From the NCBI GenBank assembly GCA_045803545.1, contig JBJMOW010000002.1:320001-384000 (forward strand): a stretch of DNA of 64,000 bases, given 5' to 3'. The DNA is from Gemmatimonadaceae bacterium. Its GTDB lineage: Bacteria > Gemmatimonadota > Gemmatimonadetes > Gemmatimonadales > Gemmatimonadaceae. Below are positions 50,030 to 59,575 of the stretch, piece after piece; the stretch's first letter is position 1; every line of letters starts with the position of its first letter. The translations under genes and the position numbers were made by a program. The notes below the pieces were generated by a model that saw nothing but the letters and a program-made list of their open reading frames with translations, ran no database searches and was not told where the DNA came from.

Positions 50030-51580
50030 ATGACAATGAAAGACAAGCTGGAGCTGCTCGAGCGCCGCCGGGCGGAATCCGAGCAGGGCGGTGGGGAAGC
50101 ACGCCTGCATTCGCAACACGAGAAGGGGAAGCTTTCCGCTCGTGAGCGACTCGACCTGCTCCTCGACGAAGGCAGTTTCGTCGAGCTCGATCGATTTGTA
50201 CTGCACCGCTCGACCGACTTCGGTCTGGATCAGCAGAAGTATTACGGTGATGGGGTGATCACCGGGCATGGAAAAATCGACGGACGCCTCGTTTATGTGT
50301 TCTCTCAGGACTTTACCGTATTCGGTGGCTCTCTCTCGGAAGCATTCGCGGAAAAGATCGTCAAGATCATGGATCTGGCGATGCGCAACGGCGCGCCGTT
50401 GATCGGACTCAACGATTCTGGCGGCGCGCGAATTCAGGAAGGCGTCGCGTCTCTTGGCGGTTACGCTGAGATCTTCCTTCGCAACACGCTCGCATCAGGC
50501 GTGATCCCGCAGATCTCTGCCATCCTCGGCCCGTGCGCCGGTGGCGCTGTGTACTCTCCCGCGATCACCGATTTCACCTACATGGTCCGGCACACGTCGT
50601 ACATGTTCGTGACTGGCCCCAACGTCGTTAAGACGGTGACTCATGAAGACGTAACGATGGAGGATCTGGGCGGCGCTGACACCCACGCCGCAAAATCCGG
50701 CGTCGCGCACTTCGTCAGTGATTCGGAACCGGATTGCCTGCAGAGTATTCGCGACCTCTTCCGCTTCATCCCGTCGAACAATTTGTCCGATCCGCCACGT
50801 GGAGCCGGAACAGATCCACGCGACCGGCGCGATGAATCGCTGCTCGATGTCGTGCCGGACAACGCCAACAAGCCGTACGATATGCACGACGTGATCAAAC
50901 GCGTCGTCGACGACGGCGATTTCTACGGAGTTCAGCGCGAGTACGCCGAGAATATCATTTGCGGTTTCGCGCACCTCGGCGGTTTCAGTGTCGGAATCGT
51001 GGCCAATCAGCCAGCGATCCTCGCCGGCGTGCTCGATATCAATGCTTCACTCAAAGCGGCGCGATTTATCCGGTTCTGCGATGCGTTCAACATTCCACTC
51101 GTAACGTTTGAGGACGTTCCGGGTTTTCTGCCCGGCGTGGCGCAGGAGCATGGCGGGATCATCAAGCACGGTGCGAAGCTGCTCTATGCGTACTGCGAAG
51201 CAACGGTCCCGAAGCTCACCGTCATCACCCGTAAAGCATACGGCGGAGCGTATGACGTTATGAGCTCGAAGCATATCCGGGGTGACTTCAACGTCGCGTG
51301 GCCCTCCGCTGAGATCGCGGTGATGGGCCCCAAAGGCGCCGTCGAGATTCTCTTCAGGAAGGAGATCATGGAGAGCTCCGATCCCGCCGCCGCGACCGAT
51401 GCCAAGATCGAGGAGTATCGCGAGAAGTTCGCGCATCCCTACGTCGCCGCAGCCCGCGGATATCTCGACGACATCATCGATCCACGCAACACCAGACCGG
51501 CGTTGATCGACGCACTCGAGACACTCCGCACCAAGCGCGATAAAAATCCGCCGAAAAAACACGGCAACATCCCGCTGTAG
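50030..51580 (+). CDS. pccB: Acyl-CoA carboxylase carboxyltransferase beta subunit
   Basis: [50 protein letters not shown]. Confidence 0.92.
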   Translation: MTMKDKLELLERRRAESEQGGGEARLHSQHEKGKLSARERLDLLLDEGSFVELDRFVLHRSTDFGLDQQKYYGDGVITGHGKIDGRLVYVFSQDFTVFGGSLSEAFAEKIVKIMDLAMRNGAPLIGLNDSGGARIQEGVASLGGYAEIFLRNTLASGVIPQISAILGPCAGGAVYSPAITDFTYMVRHTSYMFVTGPNVVKTVTHEDVTMEDLGGADTHAAKSGVAHFVSDSEPDCLQSIRDLFRFIPSNNLSDPPRGAGTDPRDRRDESLLDVVPDNANKPYDMHDVIKRVVDDGDFYGVQREYAENIICGFAHLGGFSVGIVANQPAILAGVLDINASLKAARFIRFCDAFNIPLVTFEDVPGFLPGVAQEHGGIIKHGAKLLYAYCEATVPKLTVITRKAYGGAYDVMSSKHIRGDFNVAWPSAEIAVMGPKGAVEILFRKEIMESSDPAAATDAKIEEYREKFAHPYVAAARGYLDDIIDPRNTRPALIDALETLRTKRDKNPPKKHGNIPL

Positions 51581-53103
51581 TGTTTAGAAAAGTTCTGGTC
51601 GCCAATCGGGGCGAGATCGCGCTGCGCGTAATCCGTGCGTGCCAGGAACTGGGTGTGAAGACGGTTGCGGTCTACAGCGAAGCCGATGTCCGCGCACCGC
51701 ACGTCAGAGAAGCGGATGAAGCGGTGCTCATCGGTCCCGCGCCGTCGAGCGAGAGTTATCTGCGCGGCGAAAACATCATCGACGCCGCACTCAAAACGGA
51801 TGCTGAGGCAATTCATCCAGGTTACGGATTTCTGGCAGAACGTGAGTGGTTCGCGCGCGGGGTGCGGGACGCCGGCCTGGTCTGGATCGGCCCGCCGGCT
51901 GAAGCAATCGCCGCGATGGGAAGCAAGACCGCGGCGCGGACATTGGCGATCGCGCACGGTGTGCCGGTTGTCCCCGGCACGACCGAGGCCCTCACCGATC
52001 TCGAGAGCGCCGAGAAAATCGCCGGCGAATTTGGTTATCCCATTCTGCTCAAGGCGGCGGCTGGCGGCGGCGGGAAGGGGATGCGGGTGGTCAAAGCCGC
52101 CAAGGACCTCGGCGGATCGCTCGAAGCGGCCCGTCGCGAGGCACAGGGCGCGTTCGGTGACGACGCTGTCTACATCGAGAAATTCATCGAACGTCCACGT
52201 CACGTAGAGATCCAGGTCCTGGCGGACGCCCACGGCAACGTTCTTTCGCTCGGCGAGCGAGAGTGCTCCGTGCAGCGACGACATCAGAAGATGATCGAAG
52301 AATCGCCGAGCATTGCAGTGAACGCCGATCTCCGCGGACGGATGGGAGAGAGCGCTGTGCGAATGGCAAAGGCAGCCGGATACGTCAACGCGGGTACCTG
52401 TGAGTTTCTCCTTGCTCGCGATGGATCGTATTACTTCCTCGAGATGAACACGCGCATCCAGGTTGAGCATCCAGTGACCGAGCTGGTGACCGGAATCGAC
52501 CTGGTGCACTGGCAGCTCAAGATCGCATCAGGCGAGAAGCTACCGTTGAAGCAACACGAAATCGCACCACGAGGCTGGGCAATCGAGTGCAGAATCACCA
52601 GCGAGGACGCGGCGAACAACTTTCTGCCTTCCACCGGTCGCATTCGCTATCTGCATCTGCCCAGCGGGCCCGGCGTGCGATGGGATGGCGGAATCGAGAC
52701 CGGTACCGACATCGGACTTCACTACGATCCGATGTTGGCGAAGCTGATCGTCTGGGCCCCTGATCGTGACCAGGCAGTGACGAGAATGCGACGCGCCCTC
52801 GTCGATCTCATCGTCCAGGGAGTCGAGACATCCCGTGACTTCCACATCAGGATGATGGACGATACCGAGTTTCAACGCGGCGACATCGACATTCAATGGT
52901 TGGAGCGACGGCTACCCGAGATCCTGAAACGCGAACCCGGCGAAGAGAAGACACGGGTCGCTGCAATCACGGCCGCGCTCATCGCCGACCGCGAGCGGGT
53001 CGTGCCGATGGCGACAGGCGCACCCCAGCAGTCCAGTAATATGAACAACGGTGGCGATGACACGTGGCGACGCACGGCGTTGCTCGAAGGGCTTCGTATT
53101 TAG
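51580..53103 (+). CDS. accC: Biotin carboxylase subunit
   Basis: ANRGEIA, HPGYGFL, GGGGKGMR, ERECSVQRRHQK, EMNTRIQVEH, YDPMLAK. Confidence 0.93.
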   Translation: MFRKVLVANRGEIALRVIRACQELGVKTVAVYSEADVRAPHVREADEAVLIGPAPSSESYLRGENIIDAALKTDAEAIHPGYGFLAEREWFARGVRDAGLVWIGPPAEAIAAMGSKTAARTLAIAHGVPVVPGTTEALTDLESAEKIAGEFGYPILLKAAAGGGGKGMRVVKAAKDLGGSLEAARREAQGAFGDDAVYIEKFIERPRHVEIQVLADAHGNVLSLGERECSVQRRHQKMIEESPSIAVNADLRGRMGESAVRMAKAAGYVNAGTCEFLLARDGSYYFLEMNTRIQVEHPVTELVTGIDLVHWQLKIASGEKLPLKQHEIAPRGWAIECRITSEDAANNFLPSTGRIRYLHLPSGPGVRWDGGIETGTDIGLHYDPMLAKLIVWAPDRDQAVTRMRRALVDLIVQGVETSRDFHIRMMDDTEFQRGDIDIQWLERRLPEILKREPGEEKTRVAAITAALIADRERVVPMATGAPQQSSNMNNGGDDTWRRTALLEGLRI

Positions 53104-54351
53104 ATGCCCCCGACGACAGTGCGCATCGATTCCATCGCTGCCGGCGGCGATGGAGTTGGCCGAACAGAGGGACTCGTCGTTTTCACTCCCCGTACTGCGC
53201 CCGGCGATGTCGTCGTTGCCGACATTAGCTCGAAGGGTCGGTTCGCTCGCGGCAAGCTCCGTGACGTCGTTACTCCATCCCCCGTGCGAATCGAACCGCC
53301 GTGTCCGCACTACACACGTGACAAATGCGGCGGCTGCCAGCTGCAGCACATGGACTACAAAGAGGGTCAGCTCGCCGCAAAGCGCATCATCATCCAGGAT
53401 TCGCTGCAGCGAATTGGCAAGAAACGCGCATTGGATGTCCCGCCGGTCGTGCGCAGTCCAAAGGAGTGGCGCTATCGCACCAAGCTCACCCTCGCAATGC
53501 GTCGTCGCGGCGCGCGGTGGATCGCCGGCCTTCATCCATACGACGATCCCGCGCGCGTATTTGCGTTGTCTGATTGCCCGATCACCGACAGCCGGGTCGT
53601 CGCGACGTGGCGCGAGATAATGAACGCCGATGCGCTGCTGCCCGACGCAATCGAGTTGCGTGGCAGCGTTCGCACAACGAGCGGGGGCGCCACGTTTGTA
53701 TTGAGCGGCGGCCGGCGCTGGAGCCATTGGGAGCGCTTCGCGGCGGCCGTCCCCTCAATCGCAGCGCTCTGGTGGGAGCCAGTCGAGGAACAGCGTCGAT
53801 CGCTGTTCGACAACCGCTCGGACCGTTCCCCGAGTGCGTCCTTCGCGCAGGTGAACGCAGAAATGGCGGACATTCTTCGCGAATACGTGGTAACCCGAGT
53901 GCTCGACTTTCAGCCGCGCGCTGTGGTTGATGCCTATTCTGGCGCTGGGCTCGCGGCAATCGAGCTGGCTGAGAAAGGGGTTATGGTTACAGCGATCGAG
54001 CTCGATCGGGACGCATCCCGTTGGGCCGGCGAGCGGTTGCCGCCGCCTTCGCGCTCGATCACGGCTCGCGTCGAGGATGCACTGCCAGGAGTATTGCCGG
54101 CCGACGTGGTGATTCTCAATCCACCCCGCGCGGGCGTCGACGAACGGGTGACAGCGACGCTCGAGTTGGAAGTCGAGCACGTGAGGGCAGTCGCGTATGT
54201 GAGCTGCAATCCGGCGACGCTCGCGCGCGATCTGGCGAGAATGCCGAGTTACGAAATCGAGGCACTCCAGGCGTTCGACATGTTTCCTCAGACGTCGCAT
54301 GTCGAAACGGTCTGCGTCCTCCGGCCGGCGGCGGGGAGGGCGACTTCCTGA
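53104..54351 (+). CDS. rlmD: TRAM-domain RNA m5U methyltransferase (RlmD/RumA family)
   Basis: TRAM domain, CPHY..CGGC Fe-S motif, SFAQVN, NPPRAG, YVSCNPATLARD, DMFPQTSHVE. Confidence 0.88.
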   Translation: MPPTTVRIDSIAAGGDGVGRTEGLVVFTPRTAPGDVVVADISSKGRFARGKLRDVVTPSPVRIEPPCPHYTRDKCGGCQLQHMDYKEGQLAAKRIIIQDSLQRIGKKRALDVPPVVRSPKEWRYRTKLTLAMRRRGARWIAGLHPYDDPARVFALSDCPITDSRVVATWREIMNADALLPDAIELRGSVRTTSGGATFVLSGGRRWSHWERFAAAVPSIAALWWEPVEEQRRSLFDNRSDRSPSASFAQVNAEMADILREYVVTRVLDFQPRAVVDAYSGAGLAAIELAEKGVMVTAIELDRDASRWAGERLPPPSRSITARVEDALPGVLPADVVILNPPRAGVDERVTATLELEVEHVRAVAYVSCNPATLARDLARMPSYEIEALQAFDMFPQTSHVETVCVLRPAAGRATS

Positions 54352-54851
54352 AGTACGTCGTCGAGATCAATGGCCGCCGTCACGAGGTTACTGTGCGAGA
54401 AGGCTCAGTCGCATATGACAGCGAGCCAGACACCCCCGCCGAGTTGGGGGAAATCGCTGGTAGTCCGGTCAGGATGGTTCGGATAGGAAGCGATGTTTTT
54501 CGCGTCGTTGCGGAAAAACGCGAGGGCAGGGGCCGCTTCTCGCTGTGGGTCGATGGGCATCGCTTCGAGGCAGAAGCACTCGACGAGCGCCGGCGGGCGC
54601 TCCGCGATCTAACCGGCGCCGCTAGCGGCCCGACCGGACCCGCCCCAATAGTCGCGCCGATGCCGGGTCTGATTGTGAGGATCAACGTTGTTCAAGGCGA
54701 TACGGTCGAGGCTGGCCAGGGCGTGGTTGTGATGGAAGCGATGAAAATGGAGAACGAGCTCCGCGCTACCGCGGCCGGCAAAGTTCGCAGTGTCGATGTC
54801 GCGCCAGGAACAGCGGTCGAGAAGGGAGCTTTGTTGGTTTCTCTGGAGTAG
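54348..54851 (+). CDS. Biotin carboxyl carrier protein
   Basis: APMPG and EAMKMENE biotinyl motif; probable CTG start at 54348 after GGAGG. Confidence 0.9.
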   Translation: MKYVVEINGRRHEVTVREGSVAYDSEPDTPAELGEIAGSPVRMVRIGSDVFRVVAEKREGRGRFSLWVDGHRFEAEALDERRRALRDLTGAASGPTGPAPIVAPMPGLIVRINVVQGDTVEAGQGVVVMEAMKMENELRATAAGKVRSVDVAPGTAVEKGALLVSLE

Positions 54852-54905
54852 CACCAACGGTTCTGCGAGCTTCACTTTGGACTCCCCGAACAGCCTCTCG
54901 GACCG

Positions 54906-54934
54906 TTGACATGTATACAGGTGCCGGATACCTT
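54906..54934 (+). promoter_or_regulatory. Sigma70-type promoter of the rplM operon
   Basis: TTGACA-17 nt-TACCTT. Confidence 0.7.
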
Positions 54935-55026
54935 AAAAGGCTGTCGTAAAACCACTTAGTCGCAATCAACGATCGGAACCCACTCGAACCAAAAGGGGGC
55001 CGACACTTACAAACGTTCCGCTACAC

Positions 55027-55473
55027 ATGAAGACATACTCCGCGGCCGCGCGGGATATTGAGCATCAGTGGTACATCGTCGACGCCGATGGTGTCGTTCT
55101 TGGCCGTCTCGCCACCGAGGTCGCCCGGATCATTCGTGGCAAGCACAAGCCGATGTTCACGCCCCATATGGATACTGGGGACAACGTGATCGTCATCAAC
55201 GCGTCGAAAGTTCGTGTCACTGGCAAAAAAGGGGAACAGAAGCGGTACTTCAGACACACCGGCTACATGGGTCACGAGCGGTTCATGCCCTTCGAGACGA
55301 TGCTGGCAAAGCATCCGGAGCGCGTGATCGAGAAAGCCGTTTACGGCATGCTCCCCAAGACTGCGCTCGGTCGTCAGAAGCTTCGTGGCAAGCTCCGCGT
55401 TTTCGCGGACGCCAATCACACGCACGCCGCTCAGCAGCCGAAAGTGCTCGACCTCAACAAGAGTGGGAAGTAA
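55027..55473 (+). CDS. rplM: 50S ribosomal protein L13
   Basis: WYIVDA..LGRLA, GKHKP.FTPH.DTGD, GMLPK. Confidence 0.98.
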   Translation: MKTYSAAARDIEHQWYIVDADGVVLGRLATEVARIIRGKHKPMFTPHMDTGDNVIVINASKVRVTGKKGEQKRYFRHTGYMGHERFMPFETMLAKHPERVIEKAVYGMLPKTALGRQKLRGKLRVFADANHTHAAQQPKVLDLNKSGK

Positions 55474-55863
55474 ATGGCCGATACCACGCACACGATCGGA
55501 CGGCGCAAAGAGGCCGTCTGCCGTCTCTACATCAAGCCCGGGTCCGGAAAATGGTCGGTGAACGGACGCACGCTCGGAGATTACTTTCCGCGCCCTGCGC
55601 ACGTCTCTGCCATCCAGCAGCCCTTCACCATCACGGATACGCTGGGTCGCTACGATGTGAAGGCCAAGGTAGAGGGTGGCGGGCTCACCGGTCAGGCTGG
55701 TGCACTGCGTCTGGCAGTTGCTCGTGCGCTCGTCCAGCTCGACGAATCACACCGGCGCAAGTTGCGTGACCTGCAGTTGCTCACCCGCGATGCACGCGCG
55801 GTCGAGCGCAAGAAGCCGGGTCGTCCGAAGGCAAGAAAGAAATTCCAGTTCTCGAAGCGTTAA
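55474..55863 (+). CDS. rpsI: 30S ribosomal protein S9
   Basis: GRRK, GGGLTGQAGA, ERKKPG..KARK..QFSKR. Confidence 0.98.
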   Translation: MADTTHTIGRRKEAVCRLYIKPGSGKWSVNGRTLGDYFPRPAHVSAIQQPFTITDTLGRYDVKAKVEGGGLTGQAGALRLAVARALVQLDESHRRKLRDLQLLTRDARAVERKKPGRPKARKKFQFSKR

Positions 55864-55882
55864 ACCAAGGAATCATTACTTA

Positions 55883-56773
55883 ATGGCTCAGCCAAACCTG
55901 GAGCAGCTACTTGAAGCAGGTGTCCACTTCGGACACCAGACTCGTCGTTGGAATCCGAAGATGCGTCGTTTCATCTTCGCGGAGCGCAACGGCATTCACA
56001 TCATCGATCTGCAGAAGACGCTGCGTCAGCTCGAGTTGGCTCAGAAGCTCGCCCGCGAAGTCATTCTTCGTGGCGACAACGTCCTCTTCGTCTGCACCAA
56101 GCGTCAGCTCGTGAACATCGTGAAGAGCGAGGCCGAGCGTTGCGGGGCGATGTATGTGACCGAGAGATGGCTGGGCGGGTTGCTCACCAACTTCCAAACC
56201 GTAAAAAAACAGGTACGGCGCCTCAAGGAATTGGAAGCCGGCAGCGAAGCCGGTGGTGATTTCGAGAACTACACCAAGAAAGAGCAGCTGATGATGAGTC
56301 GTCAGCGCGACAAGCTTTCGAAGAACCTTGCTGGTATCAAGAACCTTACGAGATTGCCAGGACTCATGTTCGTGATCGACTCCAAGAAGGAGCGCATCGC
56401 GGTCAATGAGGCGAACAAACTGAGCATCCCGCTGATCGCGCTCGTCGATACGAACGCGGATCCCGATTTGATCACGGTTCCGATCGCTGGCAACGATGAT
56501 GCAATTCGCTCGGTGGAGCTGATGACCAAGTCGATCGCCGACGCGATTGTCGAAGCTCGTCGCGAGGCACCGGTGCGCGAGGAGGTCGAGGAGGCCGAAT
56601 CGTACACCTACAGCTCCGATCGGGGCGCAGAGCCTGAAGAGGGCGACAAGAGAAGGAAGAGACGTCCGCGGCGCAGACGGGCCAAGCCCGAAGCGATTGC
56701 CGCTCGGCTCAAGACAGGCGGCGAAGAAAGCGGCGGTTCCGAAGAACCCGCCGAACAGGAGCAGGAAGGTTAA
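55883..56773 (+). CDS. rpsB: 30S ribosomal protein S2
   Basis: LLEAGVHFGHQTRRWNPKM, RWLGGLLTN, DTNADP, GNDDAIRS; ATG at 55883. Confidence 0.98.
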   Translation: MAQPNLEQLLEAGVHFGHQTRRWNPKMRRFIFAERNGIHIIDLQKTLRQLELAQKLAREVILRGDNVLFVCTKRQLVNIVKSEAERCGAMYVTERWLGGLLTNFQTVKKQVRRLKELEAGSEAGGDFENYTKKEQLMMSRQRDKLSKNLAGIKNLTRLPGLMFVIDSKKERIAVNEANKLSIPLIALVDTNADPDLITVPIAGNDDAIRSVELMTKSIADAIVEARREAPVREEVEEAESYTYSSDRGAEPEEGDKRRKRRPRRRRAKPEAIAARLKTGGEESGGSEEPAEQEQEG

Positions 56774-56778
56774 CTTTC

Positions 56779-56807
56779 ACGCCGCCGGAAAATTCCGGCG
56801 GCGTTTT
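56779..56807 (+). terminator. rpsB-tsf intergenic hairpin (terminator/attenuator-like)
   Basis: ACGCCGCCGGAA-aa-TTCCGGCGGCGT-TTT. Confidence 0.65.
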
Positions 56808-56821
56808 AACGAGATAGGACA

Positions 56822-57427
56822 ATGACTACGAAAGAGAAGTTCACAGCGAAAGACGTACAGACTCTGCGCCAGCGTACCGGCGCGGGGATGATGGAATCCA
56901 AGAAGGCGCTGGAAGAGACCGGCGATATGGAGAAGGCGATCGAATATCTCCGCACCAAGGGGATCGCCAAGGCCGAGAAGCGAGTCGGCAAGCAGACCAG
57001 CGAAGGGATGATCGGCAGCTACATCCACCACAACGGCAAGATCGGCGTGCTGGTGGAGGTCAACTGCGAGACCGATTTCGTTGCGCGCACGGATGATTTC
57101 AAGCAGCTGGTGAAGGCGATTGCGGAACACATCGCGGCAGCCGCACCGGTTGCAGTCGACAAGGATCAGGTTCCGGCCGACAAGGTCGAAAAGGAGCGTC
57201 GGATCTTCGTCGAGCAGGTCAAGGAGAGCGGCAAACCCGCTCACCTGATCGACAAGATCGTCGAGGGAAAGGTCGAGGCGTACTACAAGGATGTTGCCCT
57301 GGTCCACCAGGCCTGGGTGCGCGAGCCGAAGAAGACCATCGGCGACCTGATCAAGGAAGCCTCGGCGAAAGTTGGGGAGAATATTCAGGTGAGGCGGTTC
57401 GTTCGGTTCCAGATGGGCGAGGAGTAG
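56822..57427 (+). CDS. tsf: Elongation factor Ts (short form)
   Basis: LRQRTGAGMM..KKAL, EVNCETDFVAR, RFVRF. Confidence 0.97.
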   Translation: MTTKEKFTAKDVQTLRQRTGAGMMESKKALEETGDMEKAIEYLRTKGIAKAEKRVGKQTSEGMIGSYIHHNGKIGVLVEVNCETDFVARTDDFKQLVKAIAEHIAAAAPVAVDKDQVPADKVEKERRIFVEQVKESGKPAHLIDKIVEGKVEAYYKDVALVHQAWVREPKKTIGDLIKEASAKVGENIQVRRFVRFQMGEE

Positions 57428-57456
57428 TATCCAACTCTCTCTAACTCTTCGAACTG

Positions 57457-58170
57457 TTGCCCGAGCTTAAGTACAAACGCGCACTGCTCAAACTGTCCGG
57501 CGAGGCTCTCGCCGGGCAGAAGGGCACTGGTTTCGACTTCGATATCCTCAAGCGGCTGGCGACCGAGGTCGCTGACATCGTCAAGATGGGCGCGAGCGTG
57601 GGACTCGTCATCGGCGGCGGCAACATCGTGCGCGGCGTGCAGCTCTCGAAGATGGGCATGGAGCGCGCGGGTGCCGATTACATGGGAATGCTCGGCACGG
57701 TCATCAATGCTCTTGCGCTGCAGGATGTTCTCGAGAAGGAGAATCTCGAGACACGCGTAATGACCGCGATCGCGATGGAAACCATCGCGGAGCCGTTTAT
57801 CCGGCGCCGCGCAATGCGGCACTTCGAGAAGGGCCGCGTCGTGATCTTCGCGGCCGGGACCGGCAATCCCTACTTCTCAACCGATACGGCGGCCGCGCTG
57901 CGCGCGATCCAGATTCACGCTGACGTCATTGTCAAGGCCACCAGTGTCGATGGCGTCTACACCGCGGATCCCAAGCGCGACCCCGACGCCACGCGTTATG
58001 AGTCCATCAGCTATCGCGACGTAATGGTCAACGAGCTTGGTGTGATGGACCAGACGGCGATCACGCTGTGCAAAGAGAACAACATGCCGATCATCGTACT
58101 CAACATTCACCGTCACGGAGAAGTTGCGAAGGCGCTGCAAGGCCAGCGCGTCGGAACGATCGTACAATGA
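57457..58170 (+). CDS. pyrH: Uridylate kinase
   Basis: LKLSGEAL, GGGNI.RG, DYMGML, GNPYFSTD. Confidence 0.97.
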   Translation: MPELKYKRALLKLSGEALAGQKGTGFDFDILKRLATEVADIVKMGASVGLVIGGGNIVRGVQLSKMGMERAGADYMGMLGTVINALALQDVLEKENLETRVMTAIAMETIAEPFIRRRAMRHFEKGRVVIFAAGTGNPYFSTDTAAALRAIQIHADVIVKATSVDGVYTADPKRDPDATRYESISYRDVMVNELGVMDQTAITLCKENNMPIIVLNIHRHGEVAKALQGQRVGTIVQ

Positions 58171-58721
58171 CGACAATTCCTCAGATCACGAAGGACTGCC
58201 GGACACAGATGGACAAGTCGCTGGAGGCGTCGAAGCGCGAGCTGGCATCGATTCGCACCGGCAAGGCGACAACCAATTTGCTGGATACGATTCGCGTCGA
58301 TGCCTATGGACAGCAAATGCCGATCAATCAGGTCGGCAGTGTTGCCGTTCCGGAGCCGCGGTTGATCACGGTAACGCCGTGGGATAAGGGTTTGACCCAC
58401 GCGATCGAGAAAGCCCTTCGCGAATCAGACCTCGGCCTCAATCCCCAGACGCAGTCGGGCGTCATTCGCGTTCCGTTGCCGGCGCTCAACGAGCAGCGGC
58501 GCAAAGAGCTGGTGAAAGTCGTGCACAAACTTGCGGAAGAAGCGCGCATCGGCATCCGACACGCGCGCACCACCGCTCGAGATCAGGTCAAGAAGCTCGA
58601 GAAAACTTCCGAGGATGAACAGAAACGTGCCGAGAAAGACCTTCAGAAAATGCACGACGACTACATCCACAAAATCGACGAGCTCTTGAAGGCGAAAGAA
58701 GCCGAAATCATGGAAGTCTGA
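58167..58721 (+). CDS. frr: Ribosome recycling factor
   Basis: IRTGKA, SDLGLNP, IRVPLP.L.EQRR, KEAEIMEV; ATG at 58167. Confidence 0.97.
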   Translation: MTTIPQITKDCRTQMDKSLEASKRELASIRTGKATTNLLDTIRVDAYGQQMPINQVGSVAVPEPRLITVTPWDKGLTHAIEKALRESDLGLNPQTQSGVIRVPLPALNEQRRKELVKVVHKLAEEARIGIRHARTTARDQVKKLEKTSEDEQKRAEKDLQKMHDDYIHKIDELLKAKEAEIMEV

Positions 58722-58723
58722 CC

Positions 58724-59575
58724 GTGTCGGAGTTGACACGGAGAATTCTGTTCGCGGTGATCGCCGCACCCGCGAGCATAGCAATCGTCTACTTTGGTGA
58801 CTGGGCGCTCACCATTCTGCTTTCGGTTCTCGCCGCACTCGCCGCCTGGGAGCTGTTTCGCATGGCTCGCGTGACCGGGTCGCGGCCATTTGACCTCGCG
58901 GGCATCTCGCTGGCCGCCTTGTGCCCAATCGCGGTGCACGCGCAGCGTCGAGGCATCTACAGTCTCTCGCTGACGCTGATCGTAGCAATGACGCTGTTAC
59001 TGCTTGCCAGCGCGATATGGCTGCGGGGACCAGAAGGCAAACCGCTATCGTCAGTAGCGATCACCGCGTTCGGCGTGATGTACGCGAGCCTGTTCTCCTA
59101 CATCTACGCACTTCGCTACCACGATTACGCCGTCGGCGCAGCCGCGGGAACGATTCTCGTCCTGCTTCCGGTTCTGCTTACCTGGGTCACTGATATTGGC
59201 GCGTACGTATTTGGCCGTACCTTCGGGCGCAGGAAGCTGATCCCGTCGGTTAGCCCGGGGAAAACTGTCGAGGGCGCGCTGGGCGGGCTCGTATCGGCGG
59301 TGGTAATTTGCCTCGTTTACGTCAGATTCCTGCTCATGCCTTATGCACAGCTTGGCCTGACGCTGCAGGGCGCAATTCTTTTTGCGATTGTTATCAGCGT
59401 CGCTGCTCAAACCGGTGACCTCGCCGAATCCGTGCTGAAACGTGAAGCTGGGGTAAAGGACAGCTCCCACATCATTCCCGGACACGGCGGAATACTGGAT
59501 CGGTTCGACAGCCTGTTGTTCGTGATGCCGATTGCGTTCCTGATGCTCGGCCGCCTGCTGCTACCGGTTCCTTAG
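58724..59575 (+). CDS. cdsA: Phosphatidate cytidylyltransferase
   Basis: DIGAY..GR, SPGKTVEG, GDLAES..KR..GVKDS..IPGHGGILDRFDS. Confidence 0.96.
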   Translation: MSELTRRILFAVIAAPASIAIVYFGDWALTILLSVLAALAAWELFRMARVTGSRPFDLAGISLAALCPIAVHAQRRGIYSLSLTLIVAMTLLLLASAIWLRGPEGKPLSSVAITAFGVMYASLFSYIYALRYHDYAVGAAAGTILVLLPVLLTWVTDIGAYVFGRTFGRRKLIPSVSPGKTVEGALGGLVSAVVICLVYVRFLLMPYAQLGLTLQGAILFAIVISVAAQTGDLAESVLKREAGVKDSSHIIPGHGGILDRFDSLLFVMPIAFLMLGRLLLPVP

